NCBI RefSeq assembly: GCF_963921235.1
Contig: NC_086101.1
Coordinates: forward strand, 109,864,001 to 109,928,000
Direction: 5' to 3'
DNA from: Mobula hypostoma
Taxonomy: Eukaryota
DNA: 64,000 nt
The notes beneath the pieces are model-generated. The model saw nothing but the letters and a program-made list of their open reading frames with translations. It had not been told where the DNA came from and did no database searches. Position 1 is the first letter of the stretch; every line of letters starts with the position of its first letter. Below, in pieces: positions 22,666 to 34,921 of the stretch. The position numbers and the translations under genes are program-made.

Positions 22666-25522
22666 TTTCTTTGTTACTCAGAGTTCCACACACGTGGGCT
22701 CTCCATCATATCACGGGTATCGAGCTTTACTTTAAGAATTCTCCAACAGAAAAATAGTCTGAAGTAGTGTGAGGCTTCTTGAGGGTCAGTTCAAGAACCT
22801 GATGGCAGGGGGGAAGAAGGTGTGGTCGAACCTTAAGTTGTTTATCCAGAACCTAGATTCTAGAGGCTCCTGTACCTCCTACCTAATGGCAGCATCGAGA
22901 AGAGGGCATGGCTTGGAAGGTATGGGTTTAGATCACCCCTCAAAGACATCAATATATTTTCCCCTCAGGCGGGTCAAGTTTACTGTCATTTAACTATATA
23001 CACGTATACCGTCAAACGAGACGACATTTCTCCGAACCACGGCGTAAAGCACAATTGTACACATAACACACAGTAACTTAGGAAAGTTAGGATAAAACCT
23101 ACAGATGAATTATGCATAAATAAACAAAGTAAAGGGCATAAATTAAATATTGTAAGGTTCAGAACAGATTAACTGGTGACACTTCAAACATGATGCAGCA
23201 GGGAGTTCAGAAGCCTAACGGGAAGAAACTGTTTCCCATCCTGACCCTTCTTGTTTTCACACAGCAGGCACACTCAGTAAATCCATAGTAAAATAACTAC
23301 AATAGGCTCGATGAAAGAACGCACCAATTTAGACATTCAACTGGTGGACAAAAGACAACAAACTGTGCGAATAGAAAAAGAAAGAAATAATTAACATAAA
23401 TAAATAAACAATACACATCATTAACATGAGACGAAGGTTCCTTGAAAGTGAGTCCATTGATTGTGGGAACATTTCAATAATGGGGCGAGTGAAGTTATCT
23501 CCTTTGGTTCACGAGCCTGATGATTGAGGGATTACAGCTGTTCCTAAACCCGGTGGTATAAATCCTGAGGCACAGTGAGAAGACAGCATGACCTCGGTGG
23601 TGGGCATTCCTGATGATTATTAACTGCTTTCCTGCGATAACGTTTCACGTAGATGTGCTCGATGGACTTTACCTGTGATGGACTGGGCCATATCCAAAAC
23701 TTGCACCTCACACTTGCTTTAAACCTTCTCACGCTCACCTTAAAAACACACCCTCTGGTTGTTGACATTTCTATTCTGGGGATAAAACGCCCTGACTGCC
23801 TACCCTATCACTGCCTCTCATAATTTTATAAACTACCATAGAGTTTCAGATAGACAGAATGCTCCTTTCACCAAATCACTTCCATTCAAGCTGCTAGCAT
23901 ATTCCGGCAACATAATTACTAGGCGTGATGTTCAAAGTAAATTCTCAGTTCAGTATAGCTGCACTTTCTACAGAACATTACCACAGGTGGCTATGGAAGT
24001 CCAGTCATTGGGTATAGTTAAAGTGAAGTAGACAAGATTCTTGATTAGTAAGGGGGAAGGGGTCAAAGATTACAGGGAGAAGGCAGGAGAATGGGGTTGA
24101 GAAGGATGATAAATCAGCCATGATGGAATGGAGGAGCAGATTGACGGACTGAATGGCCTAATTCTGCTCCTAGTCTTATAGGATACCCATACAGCAGTCA
24201 CATAATTTGTTGTTCTGGATTTCCAGCAGCTGCAGAACCTCTTGTGCTTGTGATTTACTGTGTCCCTTTCCTGGCCTTCACATAACACGTCCCTAGAGAT
24301 GCAATCCACTTTCCATCTCCAGCTCGGCTCAGCTTGGATTGTGGCAGCGCAGGAGTGTAGCATGGGTTACTGTTGTACCATCTACAGCTTCACCTTGAAA
24401 CCCAGTAACCAGGTTAGCATACAATTGTGGAGCGCAGAAATGGGCCCTTTCAACCCACCGGGGTAGGTGTCAACCGTGACGCCTATTTACACTAATACCA
24501 TTTGCCTGCATTAGGCCACATCCTTTCAACAACTTTCCCATCGAGGTAGCAGAAAATCAGAAAGGTTCAGAATCAGGTTTAGTAATCACTGGCGTATGTT
24601 GTGAAATTTGTTAACCTGGCAGCTGCAGTACAATGCAATACATGATAAAATATAGAAAAAAAACTGAATTATGGCAAATAAATATGTGTATGTTTTAAAT
24701 AGTTAACCTAGATTAAGTAGTGCAAAAACAGAAATAAAAAAGTAGTGAGACAGTGACCATGAGTTCAATGTCCATTCAAAAATCGGACGGCAGAGGGAAG
24801 AAGCTGTTCCTGAATTGCTGAGTGTGTGCCTTCAGGCTTCTGTGCCTCCTCCCTGACGGTAACAATTAGAAAAGGGCATGTCCCGGGTGGTAGAGCGGGA
24901 GGGACTGAAGAAGAAGGGGTGATGTCACCTGTCGTGGAAAATGTCATGGCAGACCAGAGAACTCGTCTATGGATGCTTTATGGGTGGAACTGCGAATGAG
25001 AAAGGTATGATCATGTTAATGGGGTTATATTACAAGCTACCGAACAGCCTGCAGGAATTAGAGGGACAAATTTACATAGAGATCACAGACAGCTGCAGGA
25101 AACATAAGGTTGTTACAGTAGGTGATTTTAACTTTCCACATATTAACTGGGACATCCATACTATAAAAGAGCTAGATAGGATAGTTTGTCAAATGTGTTC
25201 AGGGAAGCTTCCTTAATCAGGACATAGAAGTCCCAATGAGATAGTCTGCAATACTTGATCTGCTACAATGGAATGAAACAAGGCAAATGACAAAAGTTTG
25301 TGCAGGGAAACACCCTGCATCTAGTGATCATAATGCTATTAGCATTAAAAAAATTTGCAAGAAAATAGATCTGGTTCACAGATTCAGGTTCTAAATTGGA
25401 GAAAGGTGAATTTTGATCGTATCAGAAATGATCTCACAAGTGTGGATTGGGAAAGGCTAGTTTCTGGCAAAGGTGTACTTGGAAAGTGGAAAGCCTTTAA
25501 AAACAAACATTTGAGAGTACAA

Positions 25523-26730
25523 CCTAAACACGAGGAATTCTCCAGATGCTGGAAGTTCAAGCAACACACATCAAAGTTGCTGGTGAATGCACGAGGGAGA
25601 TGTCCTCCTTTTTTAAAGAAAGGGGCTTCCCTTCCTCCACCATCAACTCTGCTCTTAAATGCATCTCCCCCATTTCACACACATCTGCTCTCATTCCATC
25701 CTCCCGTCACCCCACTAGGAACAGGGTTCCCCTGGTCCTCACCTACCACCCCACCAGCCTCTGGGTCCAACATAATATTCTCCATAACTTCCGCCACCTC
25801 CAACGGGATCCCACCACTAAGCACATCTTTCCCTTTCCCCCCTCTCTGCTTTCCGCCGGGATCGCTCCATACGCGACTCCCTTGTCCATTCGTCCCTCCC
25901 CATCCCTCTCCACTGATCTCCCTCCTGGCACTTATCCCTGTAAGCGGAACAAGTGCAACACACGCCCTTACACTTCCTCCCTTACCACCATTCAGGGCCC
26001 CAGACAGTCCTTCCAGGTGAGGCGACACTTCACCTGTGAGTCGGCTGGGTGATATACTGCGTCCGGTGCTCCCAATGTGGCCTTCTATATATTGGCGAAA
26101 CCCGATGCAGACTGGGAGACCGCTTTGCTGAACATCTACGCTCTGTCTGCCAGAGAAGGCAGGATCTCCCAGTGGCCACACATTTTAATTCCACATCCCA
26201 TTCCCATTCTGACATGTCTATCCACGGCCTCCTCTACTGTAAAGATGAAGCCACACTCAGGTTGGAGGAACAACACCTTATATTCCGTCTGGGTAGCCTT
26301 CAACCTGATGGCATGAACATTGACTTCTCTAATTTCCGCTAATGCCCCACCTCCCCCTCGTACCCCATCCGTTATTTATTTATATACACACATTCTTTCT
26401 CTCTCTCTCCTTTTTCTCCCTCTGTCCCTCTGACTATACCCCTTGCCCATCCTCTGGGCTCCCCCCCCCTTGTCTTTCTCCCCGGACCTCCTGTCCCATG
26501 ATCCTCTCGTATCCCCTTTTGCCTATCACCTGTCCAGCTCTTGGCTCCATCCCTCCCCCTCCTGTCTTCTCCTATCATTTCGGATCTCCCCCTCCCCCCC
26601 CCTTTTAAATCTCTTACTAGCTCTTCCTTCAGTTAGTCCTGACGAAGGGTCTCGGCCCGAAACGTCGACTGTACCTCTTCCTAGAGATGCTGCCTGGCCT
26701 GCTGCGTTCACCAGCAACTTTGATATGTGT
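25523..26730 (+). mobile_element. Penelope-like element, 5'-truncated, with intact GIY-YIG ORF end, an inverted 3' copy at its 5' side and a 15-bp TSD
   Basis: ORF 26049-26342 IYCVRCSQCGLLYIGET..RLGDRFAEH..PVATHFNS..H...EQHLIFRLGSLQPDGMN. The inverted tail lies at 25523-25590. TSD catttgagagtacaa at 25508-25522 and 26731-26745. Confidence 0.93.
26635..26670 (+). ncRNA. Minimal type-I hammerhead ribozyme motif in the PLE 3' UTR
   Basis: agtc-CTGACGA-a-GGG(tctcgg)CCC-GAAA-C-GTC-gact: helix I agtc/gact, conserved CUGANGA and GAAA cores, predicted cleavage after the GUC at 26666. Helix III is only the self-complementary ACGU. Confidence 0.75.
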
Positions 26731-26785
26731 CATTTGAGAGTACAAAGCTTGTATGTGCCTGTCAGAAAAGCTAACAAGTGCAGGG

Positions 26786-27351
26786 CAGTGGTCCTCAACC
26801 ACCGGGCTGATGAGTCAGCTGCACCTTTCCTCATTCCCTGTCACGCACTGTTGAACTTGAAATAACCTACCAAATAACACATAAAACCTAAAATAACACT
26901 AATGTACAGTAAAAGCAGGAATGATATGATAAATACACAGCCTATATAAAGTAGAAATAATGTATGTACAGTGTAGTTTCACTTAACAGAATCGGGAAGA
27001 TTAAGCCAAAACCGATTTTGGAGAAAAACAAATCGAAGGGTCCTGACGAAGGGTCTCGGCCCGAAACGTCGACTGTATCTCTTCCTAGAGATGCTGCCTG
27101 GCCCGCTGCGTTCACCAGCAACTTTTATGTGTGTTGTGGAGAAAAAAATCGGCACGCACACGTCACGCATGCGCACGCAGGTGCCCGCGCAAGGCTTCAT
27201 GGTCATGGTAGTCTTTCTCGGGGTAAACACGAGTGTCCCGTATTTGACTGCTACTTTTGTCCCTTATTTGGGAGTGAGAAAGTTGGCAACCCTACTTGAA
27301 ACCCCACCCCCGTCGGCCGGTCCGCGGTGCAAATATAGTTGGGGACTCCTG
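26786..27351. mobile_element. hAT-type MITE with a composite interior
   Basis: TIRs cagtggtcctcaacc / agttggggactcctg with a degenerate 8-bp TSD (gtgcaggg / gtgtagag). Interior 26870-26990 matches Tigger interior 18770-18890. Confidence 0.6.
27036..27136 (+). mobile_element. ~100-bp Penelope 3'-terminus insertion carrying an intact hammerhead core
   Basis: CTGACGA at 27043-27049 and GAAACGTC at 27063-27070. Imperfect TSD tggagaaaaa(ca)aatcg at 27019-27035 and 27137-27151. Confidence 0.8.
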
Positions 27352-29104
27352 GTGTAGAGAGCCTTGGTTTTCAAGCGATATAGAGACCCTGGTTAAGAAA
27401 AAAAAGGTGCATAGCAGATACAGGAAGGTAGGAACAAATGAGGTGCTTATGGACTGTGAGAAATGCAAGAGAACACTTAAGAAATCAGGAGGGCTAAAAA
27501 AGGCATGAGTTTGTCTTAGCAGCAAACATGAAGGAGAATCCCGAGAAATTCTACAGATACATTAAGGGCAAACTGATCATAAGGGACAGAATTTGTCTTC
27601 TGGGAGATAAGAATGATAATCTATGTGCGGAACCAGAAGAGATAGAGGAGATCTTAAATAAATTTTTTGCACCTGTATTTACTCAGGACACGGACACAGA
27701 GTCTATAAAAGTGAGGCAAAGCAGCAGTGAGGTCATGGACCCTATACAGATTACAGAGGAGGAGGTGTTTGCTGTCCTGAGGTCCTTGGACCCTGTGGGT
27801 AAGTACAGAAATTGCCAGGGCCCCAGGAGAGATACTTAACTTATCCTTAGTGACAGGAGAAGTACCAGAGGAATGGAGGATAGCCAATATTATTACATTC
27901 TTTAAGAAAGGCTCTAAACATAAACCAGGAAATTATAGACTGGTGAGCCTGACATCAGCACTGAGAAAGTTATTGGAAGGTATTCTAAGGGACCGGATAT
28001 GTAAGTATTTGGATAGACATGGACTGATTGAAGTAAAATTGTATGTGGTAGTTCTTAAAGACTTTTTCGAGGAAGTTACCAGAAAAGTTGATGAAGGCAA
28101 GGCATTTTGACAAGGAATGCGCATGGAAGGTTGGTTAAGAAGATTCAGACTCTCTGCATTTAAGATGAGTTAGTAAATTGGGTTAGACATTGGCTTTGTG
28201 GGAGAAACCAGAGGATGGTAGTAGATGGATGCCTCTCTAACTGGAGGCCTATGACAAGAGGAGTGCTGCAGGGATTGGTGCTAGGTCCTTTGTTGTTTGT
28301 CATCTATATCAATGATCTGGATGGTAATGTGGTTAACTGGATCACCAAGTTTGCAGATGACACCAAGATTGGCAGTGTAGTGGACAGTGAGGAAGGCTAC
28401 CATGGCTTGCAGATGGATCTGGATCCGCTGGAAAACGGCTGAAAAATGGCAGATGGATTTTAATGCAAACAACTGAGAGGTGTTGCATTTCAGTAGGACC
28501 AACCAGGGCAAGTCTTACACAGTGAACGGTAGGGCCGGAGTGCAGTAGATTGGATCTAGGAATATAGGTCCATAGTTCATTAAAAGTAGTGTCACAGGTA
28601 GATAGGGTTGTTAAGAAAGCTTTTAGCACATTGGCCTTCATAAATGAAAATACAGTATTAAGTACCAGAGATGGTACTTTGAAATTCTACAAGATATTGG
28701 TGGTGAGGCCTAATTTGGAGTATTGTGTGCAGTTTTCATCACCTACCTACAGGAGGGATATAAATAAGGTTGAAAGTGTACAGGGAAAATTTACAAGGAT
28801 GTTGCTGGATCTGGATTACCTGAGTTATAAGGAAAGAGTGAATAGGTCGGATCTTAATTTATTAAAATGTAGAGGATTTGAGAGGTGATTTGATAGAGAT
28901 AAACAAAATGATGACGTGTATAGACAGGGTAAATGTAAGCAGGCCCAGGCTTTTTCTACAGGTTGGATGGGAGTACAGTAGTTCTATATCTCTTCCCCCC
29001 ACTTCCTTCAAACTAAAGGTGTAGCCATGGGCACTCACATCGGTCCCAGCTATGCCTGCCTTTTTGTCAGCTACACGGAACAGTCTATGTTCCAAGCTTA
29101 CAGT

Positions 29105-31654
29105 GTCTGCCGATCAAGGGTCCAAACCGTGGAGCAGGACGAGACGTGCTCACGCTTCTTCTTCCAAAAGGTGCACAGGGGGAGCTCTGTGATCCACAAC
29201 CTTAAGGAAGAGGACGGCTCAGTCACGTCCTCGCAGAGCAACATACTGAGGATCTGCAAGTCCTTCTATGCCGGTCTGTACGACGAAAAGGCCACAGAAT
29301 CCACAGCCTCCCACAACTTCCTGTCGTCTATCACGCAGGTCTTAGACGACGGCAAGCGGGAGAGTCTGGATCAGCCACTGACCCTGGATGAGCTGACAGG
29401 CTCCATCCGTTCCTTTGGGTTGGGTAAGACTCCCGGAAGCGACGGCTTACCGGCTGAGTTGTACTCGGCTCTGTGGAACTGGATGGGCCCAGACCTGCTG
29501 GAAGTGTACAACGCTATGCTTCTGGCCGGCAGTATGTCTGAGTTCATGAGGAAGGGCATCATCACCCTCATCTACAAGCAGAAGGGGGAAAGGGAGGACA
29601 TTAGAAATTGGAGACCCATCTCTCTCCTGAATGTGGATTACAAGATCCTGTCCAAGGCTATCGCCAACAGGGTCAAGTCTGCTCTGGGACAGGTGATCCA
29701 CCCAGGCCAAACCTGTGCTGTACCGGGCAGGAAGATCTCAGACAGCCTCACGCTGCTGAGGGACACCATCGCCTACGTGCAGGACAGGGGGGTGGACACC
29801 TGCCTGGTCAACTTGGACCAGGAGAAAGCCTTCGACAGGGTATCGCACACGTACATGGCGGACGTGCTCTCCAAAATGGGATTTGGGGAGGGAATCCGGA
29901 ATTGGATTAGACTGCTCTACACAGACATCCGTAGTGCAGTCCAGGTCAACGGGTGGGAAACAGACAGCTTCCCCATCAGGTCTGGAGTCAGGTCTGGCAG
30001 GGCTGTCCCCTCTCCCGTCTTGTTTGTCTGCTGCATAGAACCCTTTGCGGAAGCCATCAGGAGGGATGAGGGCATAAGAGGGGTGACGCTGCCAGGCAGT
30101 GGAGGGACCCAAGTGAAAACCTCCCTGTACATGGACGACGTCACCGTCTTCTGCTCTGATCCGAGGTCAGTTCGCAGGTTGATTGGCACCTGCAAACAGC
30201 TCGAGCTAGCGTCGGGGGCCAGGGTCAACCGCACGAAGAGCGAAGCCATGCTCTTCGGCAACTGGCACCACTGCAGATCCAGTGTCCCCTTCATCATCAG
30301 GTCTGACCACATGAAGGTGTTAGGGATCTGGTTCGGAGGGGCCGAGGCATGCAACAAGAACTGGCAGGAGCGGACTGCCAAGGTGAAACAGAAACTGGGA
30401 CTGTGGGGAGGGCGCTCCCTGTCGATAACGGCCAAGAACCTGGTTATCAGGTGTGAGGTGCTCTCAGGGCTGCTGTACTTGGCGCAGGTCTGGCCCGTCC
30501 CCCACCCCTACAGCTCGGAAATCACCCGAGCTGTCTTCAGATTCGTCTGGGGATCCAAGATGGAGCGGGTGAGACGGACCGTCATGCACAAGTCCCTAGA
30601 CAACGGGGGCAAGAACATCCCCAATGTTGCCCTCACCCTGATGGCCAGCTTCGTATGTGGCTGCATCAGGTTGTGTGTAGAACCCAGGTATATGGGCACC
30701 AAGTACCACTATGTGCCCAGGTTCTACCTGTTGCCCTGGCTACAAAGGATGGGTCTGGCCCCACTCCTGCGCAACACCCCAGTCAGCTGGTCGTTGCCGG
30801 CATACCTGTCCTACGTAGCAAAGTTCTTCCAGGAGAACGCCTTTGACCACAGGGCCATCAGGCAGTGGTCGGCACGTAGTATCCTGCAGGCACTGCAGGA
30901 GAAGAACATGATGGACACAGTGGGGTGGTTCCCTGAGCAGACTGTCCAGTTCATCTGGCAAAATCCCTCATCGCCAGATCTCACCAACAGGCACCAAGAC
31001 CTCGCCTGGCTGGCGGTGAGAGAGGCCCTCCCAGTCAGAGCCCTCCTGTACGCCCGGAACGTCGTCTCCGCACCCCACTGCCCACGGGAGGACTGCAGAG
31101 GAGGAGGAGTCTGTGACCCACCTCTTCGCACACTGTCAATTCGCAGAGAGGGTGTGGAGGAGGATGGACGGGCTAGTATCACGTTTTATCCCCAGTAGCT
31201 GCGTAACAGACGACTCTCTGATCTATGGGCTGTTCCCGGGGACGCACACGGAGACCAACATCCGGTGCTGCTGGCAGATCATCAACTCGGTCAAAGACAC
31301 TCTTTGGTCGGCCCGAAACTTGATGATCTACCAGCACATGGAGATGTCCGTGGCAGAATGCTGCCGACTGGCACATTCTCGGCTGCAGGAGTACGTGCTG
31401 AGGGACGCACTGAAACTTGGTGCAGCCACTGCAAGGGCCCGGTGGGGAAGGACCACAGTATAGGTCTCTCCACCCGTGGGCGGGGAGAATACCCCTCAAC
31501 AATGATATGGTAAGCTGAACTACTGGAGTGCCACGTGGGTGGCTATAAATACGGATATGTACAGACTATAATGGAAACGTATGTAAAGGATGAAAAGTTA
31601 TTGAATGGTTTATTGCATATATTTATTTTTGAATATAGTTTGAAATTAAAAAAA
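29105..31654 (+). mobile_element. Tx1-type (L1 clade) LINE, 5'-truncated ORF2 (RT plus C-terminal Cys/His zinc-binding region)
   Basis: KTPGSDGLPAELY, WRPISLLNVDYKILSK, LDQEKAFDRVSH, YMDDV, CPREDC...THLFAHC. A-rich 3' end and TSD tacagt at 29099-29104 and 31655-31660. One frameshift near 31100. Confidence 0.93.
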
Positions 31655-32537
31655 TACAGTGGTGTCTGCCCCCATTTTTCCTACGCAACATCGACGACTG
31701 CACTGGTGCTGTTTCCTGCTCCCATGAGGAGCTCATCACTTTGCCTCCAACTTCCACCCTGCCCTCAAATTTACCGGTTCCATTTCCGACACCCCCCTCC
31801 CCAATTCTCAATCTCTGGAAACAGCTTACCTACTAATGTCTATTATGGACTCGCATTGCTACCTCAGCAATACCTCTTCCCACCCTGTTACTTGTGAAAA
31901 TGCCACCCCCTTCTCTCAATTCCTCCTTCTCCACCGCATCTGCTCTCAGGATGAGGTTTCCCTTCCTCCACCATCAACTGTGCCTTCAACCTCATCTCTT
32001 CCATCTCACGCATGTCTGCTCTTACCCCACCCTACCAGGGATAGGGTTCCTCTTGTCCTCACCTACCACCCCCACCAGCCTCTGCGTCCAGCACCTAACT
32101 CTCTGGAATTGCCACCATCCCCAATGCTATCCCACCTCCAAGCACATCCCCCCACCCCCACTTCCTGCTTTCCGCAGGGATCGTTCCCTCCCCACTGATC
32201 TCACACCTACCTCTTATCCTTGCAAGTGGAACAAGTGCTACACCTCCTTCGTCACTACCATTCAGGGCCCCAAACAGTCCTTCCAGGTGAGGCGAGAATT
32301 CCCCCGTGAGTCTGTTGAGGACATGCACAGTGACTGGTGCAGCTTTCTATATATTGGTGAGATCCAACGTACATCAGGAGACCATTTCACCGAGCACTTA
32401 CTGCCAGAAGAAGCAGGATCTCCCAGTGGCCGCTCATTTAATTCCACTTCTCATTCCCATTCTGATATGTCAATCCATGGCCTCCTCTACTGTCTCGATA
32501 AGGCCACACTCAGGTTGGAGGAACACCATATATTCCA

Positions 32538-32842
32538 GTGTGGGCACGTGGCCAGGTGGTTAAGGCATTCAACTAGCGATCTGAAGATCGTGAGTTCGAG
32601 TCCCAGCCGAGGCAGTGTGTGTGTCCTTGAGCAAGACACTTAACCACACAGTGCGTCGACACTGGTGCCAAGCTGTATCGGCCCTTGCCCTTCCCTTGAA
32701 CAACATCGGTATCATGGAGAGGGGAGACTTGCATCATGGGCAACTGCCGGTCTTCCATACAACCTTCCTCAGGCCTGCGCCCTGGAGAGTGAAGACTTTC
32801 CAGGTGCACATCCATGGTCTCGCAGGACTAACAGATGCCTCT
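32538..32842 (+). mobile_element. tRNA-derived SINE (family A) with 10-bp TSD
   Basis: TSD atatattcca at 32528-32537 and 32843-32852. A box tggccaggtgg and B box gttcgagtcc. Confidence 0.9.
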
Positions 32843-34210
32843 ATATATTCCATTTGGGTAGCCTCCAACTTGATGTCATGAATATCAATCTCTCGAACTT
32901 CTGGTAATGCCCCACCCCCCCAATTCCCCATCCCATTTTCTCCCTCTTATCTCCTTGCCAGCCCATCACTTCCCTCTGGTGCTCCTCCCCATTTCCTTTC
33001 TTCCATGGCCTTCTATCTTCTCCTATGAGCTTCCCCTTTCTCCAGCCCTGTAAACTTCCCAACGTTTTACTTCATCTCTCCCCCTCCCGGTTTCATCTAT
33101 CACCTTGTGTTTCTCTCTCCCCTCCCCCCACCTTTCAAATTTTCTCATCTTTTTCTTTCTCTTCAGTCCTGCGGAAGGGACTTGGGCCCAAAACGTCCAC
33201 TGAGCTATTTTCCATAGATGATGCCTGGCCTGCTGAGTTCCTCCAGCATTTTGTGTGTGTGTGTTGCTTAATAATGGTTGTTAGTCTTTTAAGTGGACAG
33301 GTGAAAATGGAATTTTGTGTAGGGTTTTTAAACATCGTTGCTTTATATCCAAATATCTGTATGCTTCAAGTAGTTATTTAGTGAAATGTAGTCTGTCATG
33401 AAGTGACAAAAAGATGGAATGTGGAAATCCACTTTTATTTGTAGTAACAAAATGGCATTTCTATCTGCAACAAAATGGAATCTTTATTGTACCAGAGTGC
33501 TTTAGTTTTTGTGCACATTATGCTGATAGAGCCCAAGTTCTTGACAAATTGTAGACCCACAGATGCATTACTAGAATGCCAAAATACAGTAACAGAATAT
33601 ACCCTGTCGTTGAACTGTTTTGTCTGTTGTGACTTTTTTTTTGAAGCTATCACTGGCTCTTGTGCAGCACTAGTCTTCCCTTGCAGCAAGTCAAATAAAT
33701 GTGATTTTGATTGATCCACCCGGCACACACAAAGTGCTGGAGCAACTAAGCTGGCCAGGCAGCACCTGTGGGAAAAAAAGTCGACGTCTCGGGCAGTCTC
33801 TTCAGTCTTGGCCTGAAACATCAACTATACTGTTTTCCATAGATACTGCCTGGCCTGCTGAGTTCCTCCAACACTTTGTGTGTGTTGCTTGGCACTTCCA
33901 GCAACTGCAGATTTTCTCTTGTTTATGACTGATCCACTCAGTTAATTGTTGTGTGCTACAAGATCCTCTTTGTGGTGAACATTGGAGTACGGTATTTATT
34001 AAAGACCTCCCTTACCTCCCCCAACTCTAGGCAATTCATTAGGAGTTTAACAAGATTTGGTATATCATCAAAGTCTAATAACATTCTATAAATGTGTAGT
34101 GGAGAGCATTCTGACTGCTTCCATCAGCACATGGTATGGGATTCCTAGTGCACAGGATTGCAAAAAGTTGCAGAGGTCTGTAGACTTAGCCAGTTCCATC
34201 ATGGGCTTAA

Positions 34211-34921
34211 AGTCTATACTTATGCATCAAATGTACGCCGTAGCCGCGAGCCCTACTCTGTAGCCTATGCACACCTCTCCCAAAATGTAACTATGCATCG
34301 TGGCGTCGCAGACCACAACTATGATTGGTCCGCTTGGTAGCATCGCATTTCCTCCTACGCTGCAATAGCGTCCCATTGGGCGACTGAAGGGCAGGGAAGG
34401 AACTCTAGCTTCAATGCTTTCCATCAAGCTTTACAGATCTCCGAAATTATGGAGGACCCTGAGCTTGACGCCAGTTTGTAGCTAACTGCTACAGCCTGTT
34501 GACTTCCACCTGAAGCTAAAACTCGAATGGTGATTGCCAGTCTCTGAGTATACTGTACGTACACTGATGCGAAATAAATGGTTGGAGATGATGAACCAAA
34601 TCGTCAAACCTACCTGCCAACATCCGAAAATATCTGAAATGCATTTCCTCGTCCATGTCTCTCAGTGGCTGGACAAGCACAGAAAATTCACCCTCCTTCA
34701 GTCTCAGTCGCCATTGTTTGAAGTTTGAGTTTCTTTGTGTTGAGTTTCAACACGAAGAATCTCAACACAGTGGCATAGAAACCCCACTGCCAACTAGCAT
34801 TTGGGCGGTGAATTGCAAAGCGACGCAGACACACCAACACACAAGTATAAATGCTCACAACGGCGTAGCCCACTTGCGTAGGCTGCGACGTAAACTAGTA
34901 CACACAAGTATAAATCAGCCT
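34211..34921 (-). mobile_element. Non-autonomous PIF/Harbinger element with a transposase N-terminal remnant
   Basis: TAA flanks. Right TIR reads aggctgatttatactt; left TIR degenerate (agtctatactt). Minus strand ~34420-34660 encodes [21 protein letters not shown] / [23 protein letters not shown]. Inserted into a Rex1/Babar fragment (33990-35200). Confidence 0.8.

Larger units (their letters stand above)
24930..28960 (+). mobile_element. Fragmented CR1 LINE (endonuclease to RT), split by a PLE and a hAT MITE
   Basis: VVTVGDFNFPHINWD (25.1 kb), LNWRKVNFDRIR (25.4 kb), REPWFSSDIETLVKKKK (27.4 kb), WRIANIITFFKKG..NYRLVSLTS, QGLVLGPLLFVIYINDLD..KFADDTK (28.3 kb). Confidence 0.8.
29005..33270 (+). 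mobile_element. Degenerate Penelope-like element split by a Tx1 LINE and a SINE
   Basis: RT motif GVAMGTHIGPSYACLF (29015-29104) resumes after the Tx1 with a degenerate 'FLRYIDD' region (~31675-31705). GIY-YIG remnant at ~32340-32535 and 3' UTR to ~33270. Confidence 0.8.

Noticed and set aside
29027-31463. 723-aa plus 116-aa ORFs as a host gene or active retroelement
   Set aside because: They are 5'-truncated Tx1 ORF2 with no endonuclease, a broken QG motif and a frameshift; the start codon comes from the flanking PLE.
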